A DNA stretch of 64,000 nt from an uncultured Actinomycetes bacterium (GCA_963725665.1 CAVRZA010000011.1:320001-384000); one strand, 5' to 3'; numbered from the stretch's first letter, positions 49,203 to 60,151 are shown. Made by a program: numbers and translations. The notes: generated from the sequence alone by a model not told the origin.

Positions 49203-50147
49203 TTACGCGCTCTTGCTTCGCTTGCGCGCCGGAGTGTTGCGCGCCGCCGGCTTCCTCGCGGCGGGCTTCGCCGCCGCCCGGGACGCCTTGCCGTCGGTGC
49301 CCGTCGCGGCCTCCTCGGCCTCGGCTGCGACCTCGTCGGTCCCCTGCGGCCCGTGCGCCTCGGCGATGCTGCGCTTGAGCAGCGCCATGATGTCGACGAC
49401 CTTGCCCTCGCCGGGTGCCGGCACCTCGGCGACCGGTGCCGTCGCTGCGGGCGCGCCCGATGCAGCCTTCTCATCGATGAGGCGCAGAACGTCGTCGCGG
49501 AAGGTGTCGCGGTACTGCTGCGGCTCCCAGGTCTCGGTCATGGCGTCGACGAGCTGCTGGGCCATGGCGATCTCGGGCTTCTTGAGGCCGAGCGCGGCGA
49601 GGTCGTCGCCGGGCACGTCGATGTCGGCAGGGTCGCGCAGCTCGTAGGCGTAACGCAGGACCTCGAGCACCATCACCGGCCCTCTCGCGAACACGGCCGC
49701 CAGGTACTGCTTGGTGCGGATCACCACCGTCGCGATCGCCACGCGCTCGGTCGCCCGCAGCACGTCGCGCAAGAGTGCGTAGCCCTTCTTGCCCGAACCG
49801 ATCGGCCCCAGGTAGTAAGGCTTGTCGAAGTAGGCGACGTCGATCTCGTCGGCCTTGACGAAGCCGAGAATGTCGACCGTCTGGCTCGCCTTGGGGTTGG
49901 CGCTCGCGATGTCGTCGTCGCTCAGGATCACGTAGTGGCCATCCCCCATGTCGTAGCCGCGGACGATGTCCTGCCAGTCCACCTCCTGGCCCGTCTCCTC
50001 GTCGACGCGGTGCATGCGCACGCGGTGGCCGGTGGACTTGTCGAGTTGGTTGAAGCGCAGTTCCTGGCGGCTCTCGGCCGCGTACAGCGCGACGGGAATG
50101 TTGACCAGCCCGAAGCTGATAGCGCCCTTCCAGATCGATCTCGGCAT
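49203..50147 (-). CDS. ku: NHEJ Ku protein
   Basis: MPRSIWKGAISFGLVNIPV, YFDKPYYL, VVDIMALLKRS; basic tail. Confidence 0.96.
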   Translation of the reverse strand: MPRSIWKGAISFGLVNIPVALYAAESRQELRFNQLDKSTGHRVRMHRVDEETGQEVDWQDIVRGYDMGDGHYVILSDDDIASANPKASQTVDILGFVKADEIDVAYFDKPYYLGPIGSGKKGYALLRDVLRATERVAIATVVIRTKQYLAAVFARGPVMVLEVLRYAYELRDPADIDVPGDDLAALGLKKPEIAMAQQLVDAMTETWEPQQYRDTFRDDVLRLIDEKAASGAPAATAPVAEVPAPGEGKVVDIMALLKRSIAEAHGPQGTDEVAAEAEEAATGTDGKASRAAAKPAARKPAARNTPARKRSKSA

Positions 50148-50306
50148 GGTGTTCTCCAGATGTTCGGTGAGGCTCCCGCTGCTTTTCGTCGCGAATAGCC
50201 GCTATACGGCAGAAGCATCCCTCGAATTGCTAAAATGCTAACGACGGTGGCCGTCGCCGACGGGCCGCCTCGGGAGCCGTCGCCCTGAGCGGCCGGAGGG
50301 GATCCG

Positions 50307-51161
50307 ATGGATTCACTGCTCGCAGACGCAGCCCGCACCGTGACGCTCGACGAACCGTACCGCACCCTCTGGGAACCGCTCCTCGACCCCCTTGTGCCCG
50401 CTGTGGAGGCACGCGAGCCGGCCGGCTTCCTCGCCGCCGTCGAAGCGCAATCGCGGCTCCTTGGGCAAGCCGGCGACGTCGGCCTGCGCGACGTCTTCGA
50501 GGGCCTGGAGGGCGGCATCGAGGCCCTGCGCAGCGCCGTGCTCTCACGGGAGCAGACGGCGCGCGCCGAGGAGATCGCCGGCAGCCTCCTGCGCCTCGAG
50601 GGCGAGTCGATGGTCCGCGCTGGCGTCGGCTACGCCGAGGGCCTCGAAGAACGTGTCGATGCCCTCTCGCAGCAGATCGAGAGCCTGTCGCCGGTCGACG
50701 TGCTCACGGGGACCATGAAGCCGGTCGAGCTCGAGAGCCAGCTCGTGCTCGAGATCAACCGCTGCCAGCGTATGGACCTCTCGCTGGGCGTGGCCGCGCT
50801 CGTGGTCGACGGCCACGCCGACCTCGCCAAGCGCGACGGGCGCGAGGCGGCCGATGCCGAGCTGCGGCGTGTGGGAGCCGTCTTGCGCGAGAGCCTGCGC
50901 CGCTACGACAGCATCGGCCGCCTCGAGGTCAACGAGTTCATCGCCGTGCTCCCCGACGTCAGCCGTAGCGGACTCGCCAGCGCCATGGAGCGCCTGCGTC
51001 GACAGCTCGAGGACAAGGACGGGCGGCCCGACATCGTGCGCTTCCTCTTCGCTCTGCTGCACCTCGACGTCGTCGACGTCGCGCCGCCCGACATCCTCGA
51101 CCAGCTCCGGCGCGGCGCGCGCAAGGTGCGCTCGGGCGAGCGCTACGTGCTCTGGTTGTAG
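50307..51161 (+). CDS. Degenerate GGDEF-domain protein
   Basis: DVLTG...LRRYDSIGRLEVNEFIAVLP: RxxD kept, GGDEF replaced by EVNEF. Confidence 0.75.
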   Translation: MDSLLADAARTVTLDEPYRTLWEPLLDPLVPAVEAREPAGFLAAVEAQSRLLGQAGDVGLRDVFEGLEGGIEALRSAVLSREQTARAEEIAGSLLRLEGESMVRAGVGYAEGLEERVDALSQQIESLSPVDVLTGTMKPVELESQLVLEINRCQRMDLSLGVAALVVDGHADLAKRDGREAADAELRRVGAVLRESLRRYDSIGRLEVNEFIAVLPDVSRSGLASAMERLRRQLEDKDGRPDIVRFLFALLHLDVVDVAPPDILDQLRRGARKVRSGERYVLWL

Positions 51162-51200
51162 CGGATGCGGTTTGCGGCCAGCGTAGATCTGAGGTAGCCG

Positions 51201-51398
51201 GTGGCGTACCTGGGACTCGCCCTCCTAGGGGCGATTATGGCTGGCGCGGTCTTCCTCTGGGTGTATACGGTGCGAGACCTTTACCGCCGCCACGATCTGA
51301 CGGTGTTCCAGCGTGTGCTCTGGGTCGTCGTGGTCATAGTCGCGCCGTTTCTGGGCGTCTTCGTCTACTGGGTGTTGAAGCCACGGCAGGTCCGCTAG
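51201..51398 (+). CDS. Small PLDc_N-type two-TM membrane protein
   Basis: DLYRR...RVLWVVVVIVAPFLGVFVYW. Confidence 0.75.
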   Translation: MAYLGLALLGAIMAGAVFLWVYTVRDLYRRHDLTVFQRVLWVVVVIVAPFLGVFVYWVLKPRQVR

Positions 51399-51445
51399 CC
51401 GAGCGTCCGGGTGCGGCCCCGGGTTTCCCGTCTCGCCCCGGGTGT

Positions 51446-51880
51446 CTAGGCGCGGTTCTCGAGGATCATGAGCGCGCGCCGCACGATCTCGCGCTCGTTG
51501 GGGTAGGTCATCACGTCGAGGGCGCGCTCGACGGGGAGCCAGCGCGCCTCGGCGACCTCGTGATCGTGGTCGGCGGTGTCGCCGCCCGTGTACCGCATGA
51601 GAAAGAAGTGCACCATCTTGTGCACGCGCACCTCCTCCTCCCGCGAGTAGAACCAGTACTCGATCGTGCCCAGCTCGGCCTCGATCACGCCGTCGAGCCC
51701 GGTTTCCTCGCGCACCTCGCGTAGCGCGGCGGTCTCGGGCGTCTCGCCAGGCTCGATCCAGCCCTTCGGCAGAGCCCAGGTGCCCCGCCCGCTGGGGTTG
51801 ATGAGACAGATCTCCAGGCCGCCGTCGCGACGCACGACGACGCCTCCCGAGGATGTCCGGTGTCTGACCTCGGTGCTCAC
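51446..51880 (-). CDS. NUDIX hydrolase
   Basis: Nudix box LPKGWIEPGETPETAALREVREETG. Confidence 0.92.
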   Translation of the reverse strand: MSTEVRHRTSSGGVVVRRDGGLEICLINPSGRGTWALPKGWIEPGETPETAALREVREETGLDGVIEAELGTIEYWFYSREEEVRVHKMVHFFLMRYTGGDTADHDHEVAEARWLPVERALDVMTYPNEREIVRRALMILENRA

Positions 51881-51931
51881 GGTATAAGGTTTACCCCGCC
51901 CGTCCCCGTTTCCTTGTTGGAGGTCTCTCGC

Positions 51932-54241
51932 GTGTTCGCAGCGATCGGCCGCTTCTCGTACCGCTACCGGTGGCCCGTCGTGATCGTCTGGGTTCTAGCC
52001 TTCCTCGTCGGGCTTCTCCTGACGACGAGATTGTCGTCGGAGCTCAAGGGCGGCGGCTTCTCGGACCCGAACTCTCCGGCGCAGCAGGCTCTCGACCTCA
52101 TGAACGCCAAGCTGCAGACGGGTCTCGCCACGGTGTCGGTCGTCTTTGCGAGCCCCTCTTCCGGCGCGGCGGGTGAGGGCGCGCGCGGGGCCGCCTTCCA
52201 GGCGGCCGAGGCGCGCGCCCTCGGCCGCATCACGCCGGAGTCGCTGCCCGGACTGCAGACCGTGCAGACCTACGCGACCACGGGCGACGGGACGCTGATT
52301 TCGAAGGACGGCAAGGCATCGGTGGCCGTCCTTGTGTTCGACGTGCCGCTCGAAGAGGCGCAGAAGCAGGTGCCGCGTATCCGCTCGCTGTTGCAGCCCG
52401 CGGGCCTGAACGCCTATGTGACCGGCGAGCCGGCCGTCTACGCCGATCTGGAGAACCTCTCCTCCGAGGACCTGCGCCGCGCCGAGTCGTACGCGCTCCC
52501 CTTCGCCCTGATCGTGCTGCTGCTGGTCTTCGGCAGCGTCGTCGCCGCGGCGTTGCCCGTGATCGGTGGAGGCATGGCGGTGACCATCACACTGGGCGTC
52601 GTCTACTTCTTCGCCCAGCGCTTCGACATGTCGATCTTCGTCATGAACACCGCGTCGATGCTCGGCCTCGCCGTCGGCATCGACTACTCGCTCTTCATAG
52701 TGGGCCGCTTCCGAGAGGAGCTGGCCGGCGGGGCGACGGTGGCGAAAGCTGTCGAGACCACCGTCGCCCGGGCCGGCCGCTCGATCTTCTTCAGCGGCAT
52801 CGCGGTCGTGATCGGCCTGTTCGGCCTGGTGACCTTCCAGTACATGTCACTGCGCTCCATCGGCTGGGGCGGGGCGATCGTGGTCTTCTTCTCGGTGGCC
52901 TCGGCGCTGACCCTGCTGCCGGCCCTCCTGGGCATCCTCGGCCCGCGCGTGGACGCGCTGCGCATCCTGGGCCGACGGCGACGCGAGGGCCACTTCTGGC
53001 AACGCTGGTCGGACGGCGTCATGCGCCACCCGTGGCTTGTGATGGCGGCGACCGTGGCTGTGATCCTGATCTTCGCCGGGCCCTTCCTGCACATCGTTGT
53101 CAACGTGCCGACGGCGACTTCGCTGCCCGAGAGCCAGGAGTCGCGCAAGGGCTACGACATCCTGCAGTCGCGCTTCGATCGGGGCGCGCTGCAGCCGGTC
53201 GCCGTGATGCTCACGTGGGAGGCCGGCGACCAGGATGCGCTCAGCCCCGCCAATCTCGCCTCCCTGTACGCGTACGGGCAGGAGCTGGCGAGGCTACCGG
53301 GGGCCGCCTCGGTGTCCTCCATCGTCAATCAGCCGGGCCTCGACTCGGCGCAGACGGCGATCGGCTTCTGGCAAGCGGTGCAGGCCGCTTCGCGGCCCGG
53401 CGTTCAGACGCCTGCTTCACCCCTGACCTTGCCCGCGCGGCCAACCGTGCCCCCCGCTCAGCTGAAAGCCGCCGCGGAGCTGGCCAAGGCCACGACCGGC
53501 CCCGGCGCCGTCATGTTCTCGGTCGCGCCGGCGAGCGACCCGACTTCGTCGGCGGCCCAGGACCTGACCGTCGCCGTCCGGGGCCTGCAGCCGCCGCCGG
53601 GCATGGCCGCGCACGTGGCCGGCCTCTCCGCCGGCGTGCACGACTTCCTCAACGCCCTCTACAGTCGCTTCCCCTGGGTCGTCCTCTACATCTTCGTCGT
53701 CTCGTACATCGTGCTGCTGATCCTGCTGCGCAGCGTGGTGCTGCCGCTCAAGGCCGTGCTCATGAACACGCTCTCGATCCTGGCCAGCTTCGGCGCTCTC
53801 GTGTTCGTGTTCCAGGAGGGCCATTTGGAGGGGGTCCTGCAATTCACCGGCACCGGCTCGATCGACGCCACGCTGCCCATCATCATGTTCTGCACCATCT
53901 TCGGCGTCTCGATGGACTACGAGGTCTTCCTGCTCACGCGCATGCGCGAGTCGTGGCTCGAGACGCACGACAACCGACGGGCCGTGGCCTTCGGACTCAC
54001 CAAGACGGGGCGGATCATCACCAGCGCCGCGCTCATCATCGTCATCGTCGCCGGCTCGTTCGCCTTCACCAGCATCCTCATCACCAAGGCCATCGGCGTC
54101 GGTCTTGCCGTCGCCATCGCTCTCGACGCGACGATCATCCGCATCCTGCTCGTGCCGGCCACCATGCGCATCCTCGGCCGGGCGAACTGGTGGATGCCGA
54201 AGTGGCTCGACCGCGTGCTGCCGACGATCGGGGAGGGCTAG
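51932..54241 (+). CDS. MMPL (RND) family transporter
   Basis: GLAVGIDYSLFIVGRFREE, FGVSMDYEVFLLTRMRE, DATIIRILLVPA, NWWMPKWL; GGAGG + GTG 51932. Confidence 0.94.
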   Translation: MFAAIGRFSYRYRWPVVIVWVLAFLVGLLLTTRLSSELKGGGFSDPNSPAQQALDLMNAKLQTGLATVSVVFASPSSGAAGEGARGAAFQAAEARALGRITPESLPGLQTVQTYATTGDGTLISKDGKASVAVLVFDVPLEEAQKQVPRIRSLLQPAGLNAYVTGEPAVYADLENLSSEDLRRAESYALPFALIVLLLVFGSVVAAALPVIGGGMAVTITLGVVYFFAQRFDMSIFVMNTASMLGLAVGIDYSLFIVGRFREELAGGATVAKAVETTVARAGRSIFFSGIAVVIGLFGLVTFQYMSLRSIGWGGAIVVFFSVASALTLLPALLGILGPRVDALRILGRRRREGHFWQRWSDGVMRHPWLVMAATVAVILIFAGPFLHIVVNVPTATSLPESQESRKGYDILQSRFDRGALQPVAVMLTWEAGDQDALSPANLASLYAYGQELARLPGAASVSSIVNQPGLDSAQTAIGFWQAVQAASRPGVQTPASPLTLPARPTVPPAQLKAAAELAKATTGPGAVMFSVAPASDPTSSAAQDLTVAVRGLQPPPGMAAHVAGLSAGVHDFLNALYSRFPWVVLYIFVVSYIVLLILLRSVVLPLKAVLMNTLSILASFGALVFVFQEGHLEGVLQFTGTGSIDATLPIIMFCTIFGVSMDYEVFLLTRMRESWLETHDNRRAVAFGLTKTGRIITSAALIIVIVAGSFAFTSILITKAIGVGLAVAIALDATIIRILLVPATMRILGRANWWMPKWLDRVLPTIGEG

Positions 54242-54329
54242 CGGGCCATCTCGCTCCGTTCCGCCGGGGCCTGGCTCCCCCCGCGGCGCCAGGCTCGTCG
54301 GGCCGCGGGCCGCAACGTAGACTGTGGTC

Positions 54330-54962
54330 ATGGCCGACCGGGGCTGGACGGAGGTGTTCGGCGCCTTGCGGGAGCGCGAGTTCGAAAGGCTCCTGACGGG
54401 TCAGGTCGTCTCGACGACCGGCGAGGCGATGATCCCCGTGGCGCTCGCGTTCGCCGTCCTCGACATGACCGACTCGCCCACCGACGTGGGCATCGTGCTC
54501 GCGGCCGGCGTCGTGCCCGTCGTGCTCTTCTTGCTGTTGGGGGGCATCTGGGCGGACCGACTGCCGCGCCAGCGAGTCATGATGGGCGCCGATCTCGCGC
54601 GCGCCGCCGCGCAGGCGGTCTTGGCGCTGCTGCTGTTGAGCGGTCGCGCGACCGTGCCGGAGATCGTTCTGCTGCAGGCGGCGCGCGGCACGGCCTGGAA
54701 TTGGCTCGGCCTGCTCGTCTTCTTCCCACTCGGGCTCGTTTTGGCCGGCCCGGTCTCGCGCTTGATCGGCGTCTCTGAGACGCTGTGGGTCTCGGCCGCG
54801 ACCATACTCCTGCTGGCCCTGATCGGGTTGGCGGTGCCCAGTATGCGCAACCTGCCAAGTCGGGCGGCGATGGAGGAGGCGGCGCGAGCAGCTAGGGCGG
54901 CGCGAGCGGGAGAGGCCGAGCGATCGGCCGAGCCGGTCGTCCGGCAGAAGAGGGACGCCTAG
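54330..54962 (+). pseudogene. Internally deleted MFS transporter paralog
   Basis: The first ~4 TMs (GGIWADRLPRQRVM) join directly to the last 2 TMs (LGLLVFFPLGLVLAGPVSR), compared with the full neighbour. Confidence 0.75.
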
Positions 54963-56261
54963 ATGGTACTCGAACAGGGCACACGTGGCGCCGCTCTCGG
55001 GGTTTTGGGCGAACCGGAGTACCGCAAGCTCTTCGTCGGCCAGGCGGTGTCGGTCGTGGGGACGGTCTTCACCATGGTGGCGCTGCCGTTCGCCGTGCTC
55101 GATCTCGGTGGTTCGGCGACCGACATCGGGCTCGTCGCCGCCGCCAATCTCGTGCCGCTGCTCGTGTTCCTGCTCGTGGGAGGGGTATGGGCCGACCGGC
55201 TGCCGCGGCAACGCGTGATGCTCGTGGCGGACCTCTGCCGGGCCGCGCTCCAGGTCGTCGCCGCGACGCTGCTGGTGAGCGGGACGGCCCACATCTGGCA
55301 CCTGGTCCTTCTGCAGATCGCCCTGGGCACGTGCGAGGCCTTCTTCCGCCCCGCGCACACCGGTCTGGTGCCGCAGACCGTCTCACCCGAGCGCCTGCAG
55401 CAGGCCAACGGGCTACTGAGCGTCGCAAACAACCTATCGCTCACGGTGGGCGCCGCACTCGGCGGGGTGATCGTGGCCGCCGTCGGCGCCGGCTGGGCCA
55501 TCGGGCTCGACGGCCTCACGTTTCTGGTCAGCGCGGCGTTCCTGTGGCGGCTGCGGCCGCGGCCGCGGGCCGCGGCCGCAGCCGCCACGTCCGGCCAGAG
55601 CTTCGCGCGCGATCTGGCCGCCGGCTGGCGCGAGTTCGTGAGCCACACCTGGCTGTGGGTCATGGTCGCCGGGGCCTCGGCCTTCCTCTTCTTCGTCGAT
55701 GCCCCGGCGGGGGTGCTGGGGCCGGTCGTCGCGAAGGCCTCCTACAACGGCCCCAGCACCTTCGGCTTCATCATGGCCGCGATGGGTCTCGGGCAGATCA
55801 CGGGCGCCGTGACGGCTATGCGCTGGCGCCCGGTGCGGCCCTTGCTCATCGTCGCGGCCGGCATGTCGTTGACGGCGATCCCTCTGGCACTCCTCGCCGT
55901 GCGCGCTCCGGTCGCGCCTCTCTTCGTCGCCTTCGCCCTCATGGGCATCGAGTGGGGCCTGTTCGACACGTTCTGGATGACGTGCGTGCAGCAGCACGTC
56001 GCCCCCGAGGCTCTCTCGCGCGTGTCGTCCTACGACTACCTGGGGTCCCTCGCCTTCTACCCCGCCGGCCTCGTGCTGGCCGGTCCCCTCTCGAGAGTGC
56101 TCGGCATATCGGGGGTGTTGTGGCTTGGTGCGGCGATGGCCGTCGTGATCAGTGTCGGGCAGCTTCTGGTGCGCGACGTGCGGCGGCTGACGTGGGGCAC
56201 GCCCGCGCCGGAGAGAGGCGACGAGCCCTCGCCGCCGGCGGCGGACTCGGCCGACGCCTAG
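54963..56261 (+). CDS. MFS transporter (DHA3/macrolide-efflux-like)
   Basis: GGVWADRLPRQRVML, AFFRPA, LQQANGL, SRVSSYD; about 12 TMs. Confidence 0.92.
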   Translation: MVLEQGTRGAALGVLGEPEYRKLFVGQAVSVVGTVFTMVALPFAVLDLGGSATDIGLVAAANLVPLLVFLLVGGVWADRLPRQRVMLVADLCRAALQVVAATLLVSGTAHIWHLVLLQIALGTCEAFFRPAHTGLVPQTVSPERLQQANGLLSVANNLSLTVGAALGGVIVAAVGAGWAIGLDGLTFLVSAAFLWRLRPRPRAAAAAATSGQSFARDLAAGWREFVSHTWLWVMVAGASAFLFFVDAPAGVLGPVVAKASYNGPSTFGFIMAAMGLGQITGAVTAMRWRPVRPLLIVAAGMSLTAIPLALLAVRAPVAPLFVAFALMGIEWGLFDTFWMTCVQQHVAPEALSRVSSYDYLGSLAFYPAGLVLAGPLSRVLGISGVLWLGAAMAVVISVGQLLVRDVRRLTWGTPAPERGDEPSPPAADSADA

Positions 56262-58206
56262 AGCGGCAGCCCCGTCTCCTCCCACTCGCGGTAGAGCTCC
56301 CAGTAGCGTCCGCGCAGCGACATGAGCTCGTCGTGCGTGCCGCGCTCGACGATGCGCCCGTCGTCGACGACCAGGATCTGATCGGCGTGGCGCACCGTGC
56401 TCAAGCGGTGGGCGACGATGACGGAGGTGCGGCCGCTGAAGAGCACGTTCATGGCGTGCTCGATGCGCCGCTCACTCTCGGCGTCGACGCTCGAGGTGGC
56501 CTCGTCGAGGATCAGGATGCGCGGGTCGGCGAGCAGGGCGCGCGCGAAACTGATGAGCTGGCGCTGCCCGGTCGAGAGACCGCCGCCACGCTCCTGCACG
56601 TCGGTCTCATAGCCGTCGGGCAGCGCCGCGATGAAGTCGTGCGCGCCCACGATGCGCGCCACGCGCTGGACCTCCTCGAGAGATGCGTCCGGCCGTGGAA
56701 AGCGCACGTTCTCGAGCACCGACCCCGAGAAGAGGAACGCCTCCTGCGGCACGACGGCCAGCTGCTCGCGCAGCGAACGGGTCGTGACGTCGCGCAGGTC
56801 GTGGCCGTCGATGAGCACGCGGCCCGCGCGAGGGTCGTAGAAGCGCGCCAGCAGCTTCACGATCGTCGACTTGCCGGCTCCCGTCGGCCCGACCAACGCG
56901 AGGGTCTGCCCCGGCGCGATCTCGAAGTCGACGTCGTGGAGCACGTCGTGCGCCGCCCGCTCGGCGCCGCCGGCTCGGCGGACGCTGGCGCGCTCGCCTT
57001 TGACCCGGCAGCCGCGGCTCGCGGGCGGCCCGGCAGCTGCCGCTCGCCCGGGACAACGAGGGGCGTCGCGTCCCTCCCTTGCCCGTAGGCGAAGTCCACG
57101 TGCTCGAAGCGCACCTCGCCCAGCGCCTCGGGCAAGGGGTGCGCGTGGGGCGCATCGGTCATGTCGGGCTCCGTGTCGAGCACGGTGTAGACCTTGCGCA
57201 CCGCTGCCATCGAGGCCTGGAACGTGTTGTAGAGCTGCGAGAGCTGCTGGATCGGGTCGAAGAAGCTCGCCAGGTAGCCGACGAACGCGACCAGGACGCC
57301 GATCTCGAGGGCGGCGTGCGACTGCAGCACGCCGCCGTACCAAAGCACGATGACGATGCCGACGGCCGACATGAACTCGACGAAGGGGAAGTAGAAGCCG
57401 CTCTGCACGACGGTCTCCCAGTTCGCCTGCCGATAGGCGGCGTTGGCCTCGGCGAAGCGCTCGTAGTCCGACTGCTCGCGCCTGAACGCCTGCACCACGC
57501 GCACCCCGGCGATCGACTCCTGCAGGTGCGCGCTGACCCCGGCTATCTTGTCCCTCACCTTGGCGTATGAGCGGGCCGACTTGGAGCGGAAGACGACCGT
57601 CGCGAGGATGACCGGCGGCAGGATGACCATCGTCGCCAGCGCCAGGCGCCAGTCGAGCACGAAGAGGAGGATGACGGCGCCGATCAGCGTCAGGCTGCTG
57701 GTGACGAGGGTGGTCACGCCGTCGGTCACGAGCTGGTCGAGGGCGTCGATGTCGTTGGTGAGGCGCGAGACGATCCAGCCCGTCTTCTGCTGGCTGAAGA
57801 AGTCGAGGGAGAGCTTCTGGATGTGCGCGAACAGCGCGCGCCGCAGGTCGAGGATGACGCGCTCGCCGACCCAGTTGACGAGGTAGGTCTCGAGGTAGCT
57901 CGCGGCCAGGTTGAGGCCGGCCAGGGCCAGGAAGGCCACGATGACCACCTCGACGACACGCATGTCCTTCACGGCGATGCCGGAGTCGATGGCGATCTTG
58001 ACCAGGTAGGGCACCGCCAGGGCCGTGAGCGTGACGACGACCATGGCGACGAGGCTGGCCGCGGCCTGCGCCCGGTACGGGCGCACGAACGCGGCCAGCC
58101 GCACGAGCTGCAGCTCGTGCACGGGATGGAGCAGCACGCGCCAGCCCTGGATGTCCTCGAGGGCCGGTCCCTCCCCGTGCGGCCCGCGCACTCTAGCGGC
58201 TGCCAT
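56258..58206 (-). CDS. ABC exporter TMD-NBD subunit, frameshifted in the linker near 56957
   Basis: TMD and VRFEHVDFAYG in ORF 56857..58206; HDVLHDVDF, GPTGAGKST, LSTGQRQ, LDEATSSVD in ORF 56258..57343. Confidence 0.88.
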
Positions 58207-60151
58207 CGCCCACCCCCCGCTGGACGTCCGATTGTGACGAGAGGAGCTCGGCGCCGTTCCCCCGTCCGTCCCCGTCCGCGCCGAGGCCGGCCACGTCGAG
58301 CGTGCGTCCTTCGGCCTCGGCGGCGCCGAACATGCGCGCGTAGAGGCCGCCGGCGGCCATGAGCTCCTCGTGGCTGCCGCGCTCCACGATGCGGCCCTCG
58401 TCGAGGACGATCACCTCCTTGGCCAGGGCGATCGTCGACGGACGGTGGGCGATGATGAAGGTCGTGCGTCCGCGCATCACTTCGATCAGCGCCTCGCGGA
58501 TCCTGAACTCCGTGGCGGTGTCGACGCTCGAGGTGGCGTCGTCGAGGATCAGGATGCGCGGGTTCATGACCAGGGCGCGCGCGATGGCGATGCGCTGCCG
58601 CTGTCCTCCCGAGAGTGTGTAGCCGCGCTCGCCGATGACAGTGTCGTAGCCGTTGGGCAGTGCGCTGATGAACTCGTCGGCCTGGGCGCGGCGGGCAGCG
58701 TCGCGCACCTCGTCGTCGCTCGCCTCGGGGCGTCCAAGGCGGATGTTCTCGGCGACGGTCGTCGAGAAGAGGTAGGGGTCCTGGTTGACGATGCCGATGT
58801 GCTCGCGCAGGCTCTCGCGGGTCACGGCGCGCACGTCGTGGCCGTCGACCAATACCGCTCCGGCCGTGACGTCGTAGAAGCGCGGGATGAGGTTGGTGAG
58901 CGTGGTCTTACCGCATCCGGTGTGGCCGACGAGAGCGACGGTCGCGCCGCAGGGCACGTCGAGGTCGATGCCGCCCAAGACCTGGCGCTCTGACGGGGGC
59001 CTTTGGCCGGCCAGGACGGGCGCGCTGGGTGGGCCTGCCACCTTGCTTGGGCCGGGACCCGGTGCCGCTGGGGCACCGGCTCCGCTGGACGTCCCATCGG
59101 GCGCCTCGCCGCCGACGCCGTAGGCGAAGCGCACACCCTCGAAGCGGACCTCGCCGCAGACGTCGGCTAGACGCTCGGCGTCGGGTGCATCGGTCATCTG
59201 CAGCGGCGTGTCCAGGATCTCGTAGACGCGCTCCCCCGAGGCGATGGCGCGCTGCATGAGCCCGGTCAGCCAGCCGAGCACCTGAGCCGGGTAGATGAGC
59301 ATCATGAGGTAGGTGTAGAAGGCGACCAGCGACCCCAGGCTGAGCGTACCGGCGATCACCTCGCGCGCTCCCCAGTAGAGCAGCACGGCGACGGCGATGT
59401 TGGGCAGGAAGCCGATGAGCGGCACGTAGAACGCGCGCAGCCGGGCGGCGCTGATGCTGGCGTCGAACACCGCCCGGCTGCGCGCGCTGAACTTCTCCAG
59501 CTCGTCGTCTTCCCTGGCGAAGATCTTCACGATGCGCGAGCCCGTCACGTTCTCCTCGGCGACAGTGGTCACGTCGGCGATCTTCTGCTGCACGTCGCGC
59601 AGCACGGGGTGGAGCTTGCGGCTGAAGCGCAGCGCCACGATGAGGAGCAGCGGCAAAAAAGCCAGCGAGAGCAGTGCCAGCGACCAGTTGAGGACGAAGA
59701 GCAGCACCGTGACCGCGACGAGGGTGAACACGTTGGCGGTGAAGAACACGAGCCCGTAGCCGAGGAACATGCGCACGTTCTGGATGTCGCTCATGGCCCG
59801 GCTCATCAGCTGGCCGGTCTGCCAGCGGTCGAAGTAGCCGGCCGGCTGTTGCAGCAGGTGCCAGTACATGCGGTTGCGCAGCGCGTACTCGATATCGAGG
59901 CTCATGTGGCCGGTCGCGAGGCGCCGCACGACGGCGAGCACGAAGCGCGCCGCGCCGACCCCGAGGATGGCGAGACCGAGCGGCACGAGCAGCTCGTAGT
60001 GCTGCGCCACCAGCGCGTCGTTGATCACCGCGCGCGTGAACAGTGGGATCGTGAGGCTGAGCGCCATCTGCCCCAGCGCCGTGCCGAAAGCGACGGCGAC
60101 GAGGAGCTTGTAGTCGGCGAGAAAGGCCGTGATGCGCCAGAATGTTTTCAT
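58193..60151 (-). CDS. ABC exporter TMD-NBD subunit (heterodimer partner)
   Basis: GHTGCGKTT, LSGGQRQ, degenerate Walker B LDDATS; ATG 60151. Confidence 0.93.
   Translation of the reverse strand: MKTFWRITAFLADYKLLVAVAFGTALGQMALSLTIPLFTRAVINDALVAQHYELLVPLGLAILGVGAARFVLAVVRRLATGHMSLDIEYALRNRMYWHLLQQPAGYFDRWQTGQLMSRAMSDIQNVRMFLGYGLVFFTANVFTLVAVTVLLFVLNWSLALLSLAFLPLLLIVALRFSRKLHPVLRDVQQKIADVTTVAEENVTGSRIVKIFAREDDELEKFSARSRAVFDASISAARLRAFYVPLIGFLPNIAVAVLLYWGAREVIAGTLSLGSLVAFYTYLMMLIYPAQVLGWLTGLMQRAIASGERVYEILDTPLQMTDAPDAERLADVCGEVRFEGVRFAYGVGGEAPDGTSSGAGAPAAPGPGPSKVAGPPSAPVLAGQRPPSERQVLGGIDLDVPCGATVALVGHTGCGKTTLTNLIPRFYDVTAGAVLVDGHDVRAVTRESLREHIGIVNQDPYLFSTTVAENIRLGRPEASDDEVRDAARRAQADEFISALPNGYDTVIGERGYTLSGGQRQRIAIARALVMNPRILILDDATSSVDTATEFRIREALIEVMRGRTTFIIAHRPSTIALAKEVIVLDEGRIVERGSHEELMAAGGLYARMFGAAEAEGRTLDVAGLGADGDGRGNGAELLSSQSDVQRGVGDGSR

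Noticed and set aside
46313-50147. ku-ligD as a novel system
   Set aside because: It is a canonical bacterial NHEJ pair.
22700-57000. Programmed ribosomal frameshifting in rsmG, the barrel gene and the ABC gene
   Set aside because: There are no slippery heptamers, and several unrelated single-G indels in G/C runs point to sequencing or assembly error.
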